Made by a program: the position numbers and the translations under genes. A stretch of DNA of 20,970 nucleotides from Myxococcota bacterium (GTDB lineage Bacteria; Myxococcota; JACRCW01): positions 1-20,970 of the forward strand of contig JBFMGU010000187.1 of assembly GCA_040752415.1 (NCBI GenBank). The letters run 5' to 3'. Every line of letters begins with the position of its first letter. Positions within the stretch are counted from its first letter, which is position 1. Below the pieces are notes generated by a model. It was not told where the DNA came from, made no database searches, and was given only the letters and a program-made list of their open reading frames with translations. This document shows positions 1-7,571 of the stretch, piece by piece.

Positions 1-374
1 AGCGCCCGCGGGGAGACCGCGGTGATCGTCGCAAGAAGCCGGAGGCGGAGGCGCGCAAGCCGGAGCCCGCGCAGGACACCGAGCAACCGCAGTCGGCCGC
101 GCCGGCGGCGGGTCGCGAGGACGCCATCAACGAGCTGGTGACGCGGGCCCGCGCGCGCATGGAGGCGGGCGACCACGCCGAGGCCGTCACCATCCTGCAG
201 AAGGCCCGCAAGGCCGCACCGCGCCATGCCCCCGCCGCCAAGCTCCTCGGCGACGCGCTCATGGCCAGCGGCGACATCTCCGCGGCCTGCCCGCACTGGA
301 AGGATTTCCTGAAGCTGGCGCCCAGGGATCCCAAGGCCGCAGCGGTGAAGGCGCGCCTGGCCGCCTGCCCCTGA
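1..374 (+). CDS. 3' end of a TPR-repeat-containing protein (5'-truncated by the window edge)
   Basis: The frame is open from position 3 (RPRGDRGDRRKKPEAEARKPEPAQ..., low-complexity linker). It continues into TPR-like helices (AGDHAEAVTILQKARKAAP..., LGDALMASGDISAACPHWKDFLKLAP) and ends at TGA 374. Confidence 0.75.
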   Translation, partial: RPRGDRGDRRKKPEAEARKPEPAQDTEQPQSAAPAAGREDAINELVTRARARMEAGDHAEAVTILQKARKAAPRHAPAAKLLGDALMASGDISAACPHWKDFLKLAPRDPKAAAVKARLAACP

Positions 375-451
375 GGCGCGTCCCGTCGTCGAGCACGGAG
401 CCCGTCCGCGCCGCGCCTCACTGCGAAGCGCCTTACCGTCCTCCAGCGGTT

Positions 452-533
452 CCCGTTGAAGTTGTCACCCCCTCGTGGCTTTGCCTGGCAGGATGCGCCG
501 CGTTGGTCCGAGCGAAAGCCGCACTTCAACGGG
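452..533. repeat. Imperfect inverted repeat / hairpin
   Basis: CCCGTTGAAGT (452-462) is the exact reverse complement of ACTTCAACGGG (523-533). The inner GTGGCTTT can pair with AAAGCCGC. Confidence 0.55.
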
Positions 534-548
534 TCGGCACGCGCAGTC

Positions 549-776
549 CTTCCGTCGTTGACGCTGCGGGCGCCAGCCCTTTGGGAGTGCGGTCTGCAAT
601 ACCGCTTTGGTTCGGCACCGTCGGCGATTGGATGTACCACCGGGAGCTGCGTAGCCACGCGCACGTTCGTGGAGTGGGCGTCAGCAGGGAGAAGCGCTCC
701 ACCGAGGAACCGAGCCAAAGCGGTATTTCAGACCGCACTCCCAGAGGGCTGGCGCCCGCAGCGTCAACGACGGAAG
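549..776. repeat. Long inverted repeat (67-bp arms, 94-bp spacer), REP doublet/REPIN- or MITE-like
   Basis: Arms 549-615 and 710-776 match at 64/67 positions as reverse complements. Each arm contains GGAG-T-GCGGT-N7-ACCGC-TTTGG, a tetranucleotide foot plus short hairpin typical of REP sequences. The element lies between convergent genes. Confidence 0.8.
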
Positions 777-877
777 CACGCGCCGCGCACCCGTGATGCA
801 ACGGGCGACGAACGGCCGTCCCGCGCAACCCGGGCGGCGTGACGTCTGCGGATTGTGGGGGGTAGCTCGTTCGGCGC

Positions 878-1318
878 TCAGGCCGTCTTCCGACGACCAA
901 ACAGGTCGCCAATCATCACGCGCTGCTTGTCGTCGACCTTCAGCTCACGCAGCTTGCGGTCCTTGAGGAGGAACTCGATGCGCTCCTCGATCTGCAGCAG
1001 GTGCTTGTCGATCTTCTTCTGCCGCTCCTTCTCCTTCATCCGCTGCAGCTCTTCCTGGACAAAGGCCCCCACCACGCTGTCCAACGCCGCCAGCGCCTGC
1101 GACGTGAACTGGTTCTTGTACCGCTCGCGGACGTAGCAGAGGTCTTCCGCGTCCTTGCGCTCCAGCTTGCCGGAGGCGGTGGCGCGGACGAGCATGGCCC
1201 GCACATCCGACTTGTCCAGCTTGCCGTCATCCGCGGACAGATGCGCAGCCATCTGGCGGATGTCCATCTTCAACATTTCCAGCCGATGGTGCCCCGGGCG
1301 ACTCTTGACCGACTGCAT
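878..1318 (-). CDS. Hypothetical protein (~146 aa): small helical domain plus charged coiled-coil tail
   Basis: GGAGAGG Shine-Dalgarno 9 nt before ATG 1318 and GC3-biased codons. The sequence has D-D-G-K-L-D and S-G-K-L-E loop-helix segments and an E/K/R-rich C-terminus. Downstream ATGs are alternative starts. Confidence 0.65.
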   Translation of the reverse strand: MQSVKSRPGHHRLEMLKMDIRQMAAHLSADDGKLDKSDVRAMLVRATASGKLERKDAEDLCYVRERYKNQFTSQALAALDSVVGAFVQEELQRMKEKERQKKIDKHLLQIEERIEFLLKDRKLRELKVDDKQRVMIGDLFGRRKTA

Positions 1319-1481
1319 CGTCGTCAACCTCTCCGCCGCAACTCGCGGCAAGAACGGACGGTAGTGGGAGGCCTGTTTATCGGCAAGGAATCGCGAATTG
1401 TCCTGTCGCCCGCAAAACCGAACCGCCGCCAACCCCGGATGCGGGCTGGCGGCGGCTCGGGACCTTCAAGCTACGCGGGTC

Positions 1482-4400
1482 TTACCAGGCAAACCCGTCC
1501 GCCTGGTCGTAACCGTACTCGGCCAGCAGGCCGCGCATGATTTCGATGATGCGGACGTCCTGGCGCAGGGCGCTCTCCTGGCCCGGCTTGATGGTGACGC
1601 CGTCAGCCTGGAAGTACTTGTCCTTGATCTTCCGGATGTACTCGTAGCCGATGCTGTAGAACGGCCGCTCCGCGAGGAACCAGCTGTCCGAGGGCTGCAT
1701 CTTCACCGCGTAGTAGATGTAGCCGGTGGTCGGGTCCGTGAACTCCACGTACCGGCCCGCGTCGCGGATGGCCTGCGGCACGGAGATATCCACCGTGCTG
1801 CCCGCCTTGCCGATGAACATGGACTGGTTGAAGTCCTGATCCTCGGTGATCTGCGTGTAGTAGACCGAGCCGATGAACATGGCCTGCAGACGCGCCATGT
1901 ACTGGTCGTCCGGGTTCAACGTGATGGTGCCCGCCGGCTGCTCACGCGGCGGCTGACCCTGCAGCGCGCCGGAGAACGTCGGCACCAGCTCGCGGTAGCG
2001 CAGGTTGGCCTGGCCATCCGCCACTTCCACGTACGGCGCGTACTGGTTGTAGTCCTCGTTGATGAAGCCACCCACGGCGCTCTGGATCTGGTTGAAGAAC
2101 AGGCTGTTGAAGCTGATGAGGTAGCTGCGGCTGTCACCGGTGGCGTCCACGCCAATGAACTCGGTGTACGGATCACCCAGCGCCTGCATCGCCAGCCACT
2201 TGTCCCACCAGGAGCCAATCGCCACCGGCTTCCAGTAGAAGTAGTAGCCGTACTGCTCCCTGTCGTACTTATCCAGGCCGTAGCGACCAATCCCCAGCGG
2301 CACATCCACCGGCTTCTCCCAGATGTCGTCGCCACCGGCGGTGAGCTGGGGCAGCCAGCTGTCGCAGCTCTCGCTGTCTTCGATGTGCGTGTACGGGTCG
2401 GTGGCCAGCACCGTGGTGAGCGTGCCGCCCGGGTTGGCCGGCGGGTTGGCGCACACGGAGTCATCCAGCTTCTGGATGGTGGCCGGCAGACCGTTCACGT
2501 CCTCGTTGCTGTCCAGGTAGCAGCCAGGCTTGCGACGGATGTAGCAACCGGGCTCCGGCGTCTGCAGCACGCGACCCAGCGCATTGGCCGACTCCAGCGC
2601 TCCCGCAAAGCGGTCCAGACCACAACGCGCATCCACGAAGTGCACGCCGCCCGCGCTGGGATCATCGCAGCCCGCGTCCCAGAACCGGTTGATCAGGTTG
2701 TCGTTGAGGAAGTGCTTGTTCTGCGCGGACAGGAACTCGAAGTAACGCCCGTAGATGCGGCTGATGTAGTTGTACAGGCTCATGCCGAAGCCAACGCGGT
2801 TCCGGCGGAGACCGTTGAAGATGTAGTAGTTCTCGTACATGGCCGCGTTGTTGCGGACCTGCTCGTACGCATCCGCGCCCTGGTCAAAGCGGTAGCAGAA
2901 GAACGAGCTGTTCACGTACTCGTCGGAGCAGAAGCGGTACGGCACTTCCACCAGCGTGCTGCTGGCCATCACATCCGCCTCACGCACCGTCTTGCGCGTG
3001 TAGATGGCGTTGACCTTGGCGTCGTAGGTGTAGCTCGGGTCGCCGGCAATGATGTCCGGGTAGGTCGTGTAGTGGCGGACAATCGGCGCCAGCAGCGGCG
3101 CATCCCGACGCTGGATCTGCGGCGCGTCGTTGCCAGCGTTGCTGTCAAACACCTCCACCATCAGGCCGTAGCCGTACTTGATGGCGGCGCGGTCGTAGAG
3201 GCCCAGGCCGTGGATGTCGCTGTTGGGCTTGGAGCCGTAATCCATGATGGTGCTGTACTGGAACTCACGCAGGCCCTTGTTGAGCGCGTCCTTCAGGCCC
3301 TCACGCTCCTGCGCGTTCAGCATGAATTCCGGCTTCAGCTTGCCGTTGGCGCCCACCGTGTTGCCACGCAGCTCCCAGTACTGGGGGAAGTAGTTGATGG
3401 CGTCCGTGGTGCCCGCGAAGTTGTGTCGCAGACCCACGTTGTGGCCCACCTCGTGGAGCTCCACGCCCACGAAGATCTCCTCCAGCAGCCAGTTGTAGGC
3501 CTTCTCCTCGTCCAGTGTTCCCTCGGGCGTGCAGAACAGGCCGAAGTCGCGCGCGTCGTCGCCGCTCTCGTTGGGCCGCAGGTTCTTGCAGTCCATGCGG
3601 TGCGCCAGGCCCTGCATGCCGTCGTCAAAGAACTCCATCATGTCGATGGTGGCGCGGCCCAGGCGGTACTCACGGTCCTTGTGCAGGTTCATGAACACCG
3701 GGTCGTGCATGGTGGCGGGAGACAGGAACCGCTGCCAGCTCGGCGGGGTGTCGGAGGCGTTCTCGAACTGCGGCGCCATGGCCCGACGCATCGGCTCGGG
3801 GAAGAACACGCCCTCCATGGTGGTGCCACGGATGCGCTCCAGGCGGCCGGGAATCTCGTCGGTCATCAGCTCACCGCGGGCCAGACGCTCACGCAGCACC
3901 GCGGCCTTCTGCGGAATGCCCAGGTTCTCCGCCAGCTGGCGGAACTGCTCCGGCTGCATGGACATCTCGCTGGACTCACGCATGGCGCGGGCGCGCTGGT
4001 AGTGCTGGCTGATCTGGCCGCCGTTGACGAAGTCGGAGGCATCCAGCTCGCCGTTCTGCACCTTGATCATGTCCAACGCGTACTGCACGTAGGTCTCCAG
4101 CGCGGCGCCGTAGAAGAACGCGTTGGCGCTGATGACCTCACCGGTGGTGATGTCCACGGCGTGCGGGCCGTAACCCAGCGGGCTGGCCTCCTGCGGACCG
4201 TTGACGATGTAGATCATGTTGTAGCGGAGGTCGCCGGCCTGGGGGTTGGTGCCCGGCGCGCCGCACTCGGGACGGTCGCCCTCACGCACCGGGTTGTTCA
4301 GACACACCACGAAGACGTCCGGCAGGCTGTCCTTGCTGCGGCCGGTCATGGCGCTGACCGCGTCCTTGAACACGTCGTTCCACTCCGCGCCAATGCGCGC

Positions 4401-5429
4401 GGCGCCGTTCTTCAGACGGTCCGGGAAGTCCTCGTTGATGTAGTAGACAATGGGGCGGATCTGCTCGTTGGCGCAGTTGGCGTAGGGGTGCTCCAGGCTG
4501 TCGTCGCGGCAGGTCTCACCCGGCTTGTGCTTCCACAGGTTGAACCGCTCAATCAGGTAGTCCACCGACGTGTCCACGATGTCGTAGTGACGGTCGTAGC
4601 CGTAGCGGTCCACGCGGAAGTAGCCGAACTTGGCGAACTTGTTGTCGTCGTAGGTGAGCGCGTCGTAGCCGCGGTCCGGGTCCGCCTTGAGGAAGCTGCT
4701 GCGCACCTTCAGGCGGGAGCCCATGCAGTCCGCGTAGATGGTGCTGTACAGCCAGCACGACGGGATGGGCATGCCGTAGTAGTCGCTCAGCCACGCGTTG
4801 ATTTCCGGCGCGGCAATGATCTCGTGCACCACGTCCACGTAGTCCGGCGTGATCTTGGCGGCGTCCTTGCTGTTCTCCGCCTCACGCACGTACCGGCCGC
4901 CGGGCTGCTGCATCACGTAGCTGCCGGAGAACCGGAAGTCCGTGATCAGGTTCTGCGTCCAGTCCACGCGCATGTACTCGCGCTCGTTCCAGGGACGGTC
5001 GACCGTGTTCTCGCTGATGACGTTGGTCTGCTCCCCCGTTCGGGGGTTGTACTCGCGCTGGATGTCGAAGTGGCTCTCGATGGGGAACGCGGCAATGGGC
5101 GTGCCCTCATACGGAACGCCGGGGCGCGCCGCGTACTCCTCACCGCCCTTCAGGTGCTCATGCGCGCGGAAGGCGTAGAGGAAGTCACGGTCGATCTTCC
5201 ACACCACCTTGGTGGTCTCGCCCTGCTCACCAATGAAGGAGATGGCGCTGGTGGCCGGGATGTCGATGATCGTCTGGCGGAAATACCAGGGCTTCCCGTC
5301 GGTGAAATAGCTCTTGGCAACCTTGTCCGGTTGGGTCCGGTCAATGTCCCCAACGTTCATGCCGCAGCCAACGGCAGCTGCAAGCCCCGCCATCATGGCC
5401 AGCGCCTGGGCGCGCATCCTGAAGACCAT
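1482..5429 (-). CDS. Large lipoprotein zinc-dependent metalloprotease (metzincin, EcxA/DUF4953-like catalytic domain), ~1315 aa
   Basis: HEVGHNVGLRH zinc motif (3423-3455) and STIMDY Met-turn. The N-terminus MVFRMRAQALAMMAGLAAAVG-C ends in a lipobox. A GAGGAGAGG SD before ATG 5429 supports this start over 5600. Confidence 0.9.
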   Translation of the reverse strand: MVFRMRAQALAMMAGLAAAVGCGMNVGDIDRTQPDKVAKSYFTDGKPWYFRQTIIDIPATSAISFIGEQGETTKVVWKIDRDFLYAFRAHEHLKGGEEYAARPGVPYEGTPIAAFPIESHFDIQREYNPRTGEQTNVISENTVDRPWNEREYMRVDWTQNLITDFRFSGSYVMQQPGGRYVREAENSKDAAKITPDYVDVVHEIIAAPEINAWLSDYYGMPIPSCWLYSTIYADCMGSRLKVRSSFLKADPDRGYDALTYDDNKFAKFGYFRVDRYGYDRHYDIVDTSVDYLIERFNLWKHKPGETCRDDSLEHPYANCANEQIRPIVYYINEDFPDRLKNGAARIGAEWNDVFKDAVSAMTGRSKDSLPDVFVVCLNNPVREGDRPECGAPGTNPQAGDLRYNMIYIVNGPQEASPLGYGPHAVDITTGEVISANAFFYGAALETYVQYALDMIKVQNGELDASDFVNGGQISQHYQRARAMRESSEMSMQPEQFRQLAENLGIPQKAAVLRERLARGELMTDEIPGRLERIRGTTMEGVFFPEPMRRAMAPQFENASDTPPSWQRFLSPATMHDPVFMNLHKDREYRLGRATIDMMEFFDDGMQGLAHRMDCKNLRPNESGDDARDFGLFCTPEGTLDEEKAYNWLLEEIFVGVELHEVGHNVGLRHNFAGTTDAINYFPQYWELRGNTVGANGKLKPEFMLNAQEREGLKDALNKGLREFQYSTIMDYGSKPNSDIHGLGLYDRAAIKYGYGLMVEVFDSNAGNDAPQIQRRDAPLLAPIVRHYTTYPDIIAGDPSYTYDAKVNAIYTRKTVREADVMASSTLVEVPYRFCSDEYVNSSFFCYRFDQGADAYEQVRNNAAMYENYYIFNGLRRNRVGFGMSLYNYISRIYGRYFEFLSAQNKHFLNDNLINRFWDAGCDDPSAGGVHFVDARCGLDRFAGALESANALGRVLQTPEPGCYIRRKPGCYLDSNEDVNGLPATIQKLDDSVCANPPANPGGTLTTVLATDPYTHIEDSESCDSWLPQLTAGGDDIWEKPVDVPLGIGRYGLDKYDREQYGYYFYWKPVAIGSWWDKWLAMQALGDPYTEFIGVDATGDSRSYLISFNSLFFNQIQSAVGGFINEDYNQYAPYVEVADGQANLRYRELVPTFSGALQGQPPREQPAGTITLNPDDQYMARLQAMFIGSVYYTQITEDQDFNQSMFIGKAGSTVDISVPQAIRDAGRYVEFTDPTTGYIYYAVKMQPSDSWFLAERPFYSIGYEYIRKIKDKYFQADGVTIKPGQESALRQDVRIIEIMRGLLAEYGYDQADGFAW

Positions 5430-5660
5430 CGTCAACCTCTCCTCGCTGCCGGAAGGCCGCGGAAAAAAAAGTGCGGCATCCTTGTTCGCGGGCTCCACGG
5501 TGTAAAGCCCGGCAGGCATGCCGAAATCACCGGCCCGACGCAAATCAAGAAGCATGCCCGCGCCAGCGTTGCCGGCCGGTGGGGCAAGGTAGGCCTTCAC
5601 AAGGGAAATCTGGCGGTTTTCCAGGAGTGGTGCGGCCTACGTGAGCGCTGCCACGGGCCC

Positions 5661-5682
5661 GGGTGTTAGGCGGTTAACACCC
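5661..5682. promoter_or_regulatory. Palindromic operator candidate GGGTGTTA-N6-TAACACCC (CRP-family/MrpC-like)
   Basis: Perfect 8-bp inverted repeat with an AT-rich core in GC-rich DNA, about 230-250 bp upstream of the metalloprotease start. It fits TGTY-N8-RAC and TGT-N10-ACA. Confidence 0.45.
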
Positions 5683-5693
5683 CGCGGGCGCGA

Positions 5694-7136
5694 TCACGGA
5701 TGCCCCGGAGCGGGAGGCGGAGGGCCCTTGATGGGCGGCAACGCCGCGGCGGCCTCCCCCATGATTGCGCGACGGATGGCGGCCCACGGAGCGTCATCCT
5801 TCAACGTCAGGTCATCCTCCTCACCCAGCAGCCCCAGCCGTGAGTAGAGCTCGGGCATGGGCAGGGCGCGCTCCCCGCTCAGCGTGGCCTCCAACCAATG
5901 CCGACCCCAGCCCGGCTTCAGCTCCGCCCGGAGCGCGTGCAGGACGTCCCCCACCTCCAGACCCTCCGGCGTGCGCAGGCTCCGCTCACGCAGCTCCAGC
6001 AGGAGGTCATCCAGGCTGCGGGTATTCCCGGACTGGTGTCGCAAGGCCACATCCAGCACGAACGCCGCGCACGCCCCACCCCAGTACACACGCAGGTAGT
6101 TGCGCTCCTGCTGCATGGTGGGGCTGGCCTTCAGGAGGCTCTCGTCGTGGGAGCGGGCGCAGGCGTAGCCAAAGCCGTGCAGCAGGTTGCGCCACATGGC
6201 CTTCTGCGTCCGACTCCCGGCGCGCGCACGGATGACATCCCCGTAGTAGGTGGTGAATCCCTCGGTGAACCACGGGATGCGACGCGCCAGGTGCGGATTG
6301 GTCAGGTGGAACAGCTCGTGAGGCGCCACCCATTCTCCGCGCAGCTCCTCTGGGCCGGCGTCCGCGCCAAACCACAACACGATGCTCCCGTGCCCCCAAC
6401 GCAGCGTGGTGCCAAACACGCCGGCCTCAGCGCTCCCGGACACCGGCACCAGGATGAGATGCGTGCGTGGCACCGGCATCTTCCCGCGGTTGAAGGCGGC
6501 CACCATGCGCGCGCTGTCGCTCATCCAGCGGCCCAGCTCCGCCACGGAGGCCTTGTGCTCCTCCTCCACCACCACCGCTTCCACCACGCTGCCGGGAACC
6601 TCCACCGGCACCACGCGGTGCGCGCCAAAGAGCAGGTACGCTCCGCCTTCCAGCTGCTCCGCCGTCACCTGGTAGCGACGCGGGGAATCCCGCGCTTCCC
6701 ACGGCGCGGCGAACGGCACGGCGCTCTCCACCGTGACGAGGATACGGGTCTCGCGCGGAAGCGGATCGGGTCGCAGCAGCACGCCGTCGTGCACCACCAC
6801 GGCACGGCCGGCGGGCGTGGCGTAGTCCGGGTCGCGGTAGGAACGCGCCATGTCACCCGCGCGCACCGAGTAGCTCACCCGCAACACTCCGTCGGCGGAG
6901 GTGCGCTGCAGATCAGACAGGTACTTGCCCATGCCGCGCATGCCCGGAACCAGATCCGCATCCGCCGCCACGCCGCGCAGCGTCACACCCACGCGCAGCA
7001 CCAGGGGCTCAGGCGTCAAGGCCTTGATTTCGTACGCAATTTCCGGCGCTGCAGGCGCCGCGTCCACGCCGTGGATCACGCTCACGGCGCAGGTGAATCC
7101 CAATCCGAGCACCAGCGTCAGAAGAAAACGTTGCAT
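5694..7136 (-). CDS. Secreted M61-like (gluzincin) metallopeptidase without PDZ domain, ~480 aa
   Basis: WVAPHELFH (HExxH, 6306-6320) is followed by WFTEGFTTYY (third Zn ligand E) and VYWGGA..AFVLDVALR. Signal peptide MQRFLLTLVLGLGFTCAVS... from ATG 7136. The longer 7352 start overlaps the divergent precursor gene. Confidence 0.85.
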   Translation of the reverse strand: MQRFLLTLVLGLGFTCAVSVIHGVDAAPAAPEIAYEIKALTPEPLVLRVGVTLRGVAADADLVPGMRGMGKYLSDLQRTSADGVLRVSYSVRAGDMARSYRDPDYATPAGRAVVVHDGVLLRPDPLPRETRILVTVESAVPFAAPWEARDSPRRYQVTAEQLEGGAYLLFGAHRVVPVEVPGSVVEAVVVEEEHKASVAELGRWMSDSARMVAAFNRGKMPVPRTHLILVPVSGSAEAGVFGTTLRWGHGSIVLWFGADAGPEELRGEWVAPHELFHLTNPHLARRIPWFTEGFTTYYGDVIRARAGSRTQKAMWRNLLHGFGYACARSHDESLLKASPTMQQERNYLRVYWGGACAAFVLDVALRHQSGNTRSLDDLLLELRERSLRTPEGLEVGDVLHALRAELKPGWGRHWLEATLSGERALPMPELYSRLGLLGEEDDLTLKDDAPWAAIRRAIMGEAAAALPPIKGPPPPAPGHP

Positions 7137-7248
7137 GGCGGGAATTGCGCGAGAGGAGACTCTGCGTGATAGCGTCCGCCACCGCAAAAGGCCATGGACA
7201 TGGTGTCCTGACCGCCACACGCCCCGCCAATGGGGGTAGAGGTTGCCG

Positions 7249-7458
7249 ATGAACAAGAAGCTCGTTGCTGCGTTTGTGGGTGGTTTTGCGTTCTCCTCCG
7301 TTGCTGCCATGGCCGCCCCGAGCGTGACCGTGGCCGAGAAGAAGGACGACAAGAAGAAGAAGGACGAGAAGAAGGGTGGCGAGAAGTCATGTGGCGGTGA
7401 GAAGGGCGGCGAGAAGAGCTGTGGCGGCGAGAAGAGCTGCGGCGGCGAGAAGAAGTGA
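7249..7458 (+). CDS. MNIO-modified RiPP precursor (oxazolin/HvfA- or bufferin-like), 69 aa, with Sec signal and 3x EKSCGG
   Basis: MNKKLVAAFVGGFAFSSVAAMA|APSV signal peptide, a K/D-rich spacer, then GGEKSCGGEKGGEKSCGGEKSCGGEKK. It has an AGAGG SD and lies immediately upstream of DUF692 and DUF2063 genes. Confidence 0.88.
   Translation: MNKKLVAAFVGGFAFSSVAAMAAPSVTVAEKKDDKKKKDEKKGGEKSCGGEKGGEKSCGGEKSCGGEKK
7375..7455 (+). repeat. Intragenic tandem repeat encoding GGEKSC units
   Basis: 18-nt unit GGCGGCGAGAAGAGCTGY repeated directly, plus a synonymous variant GGTGGCGAGAAGTCATGT and partial GGEK units. Confidence 0.8.
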
Positions 7459-7486
7459 GCGCTTGATTCTTCTCTGAATCACCCAC

Positions 7487-7530
7487 AGGCGCCCCTTTCC
7501 ACGTCGGGAAGGGGCGCCTTCGGTTTTCTG
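7487..7530 (+). terminator. Intra-operon hairpin / leaky intrinsic terminator after the precursor
   Basis: AGGCGCCCCTTTCC-ACGTC-GGGAAGGGGCGCCT forms a 14-bp stem with one G:U pair, followed by TCGGTTTTCT. Confidence 0.75.
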
Positions 7531-7571
7531 GGGTTGCCCACCACGTCACTCCGCTCGAGGGAAACACCAAC

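Noticed and set aside
375..877. Possible retron msr-msd, tRNA, SRP/6S RNA or CRISPR array
   Set aside because: No reverse transcriptase or cas gene nearby, no direct-repeat/spacer periodicity, and no recognisable RNA signature motifs.
456..912. Overlapping ORFs 456-842, 503-796 and 526-912 sharing the peptide SVVDAAGASPLGVRS
   Set aside because: The shared peptide is an artefact of the DNA inverted repeat read on both strands. There is no RBS or coding bias.
1398..5669. 1423-aa plus-strand ORF
   Set aside because: Antisense shadow of the metalloprotease gene. It has V/L/H/A-rich composition with no motifs, which is typical of high-GC codon bias.
5430..7248. Sigma54 promoters upstream of the metalloprotease or precursor
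   Set aside because: Candidate TGGC...TGC pairs (e.g. TGGCGCGGGCATGC, TGGCGGGAATTGC) have the wrong GG-to-GC spacing.
7456..7530. TGA plus downstream hairpin as selenocysteine recoding of the precursor
   Set aside because: The TGA is not at a Cys position of the EKSC repeat (it follows GGEKK). Another in-frame TGA follows within three codons, and the hairpin looks like a terminator.
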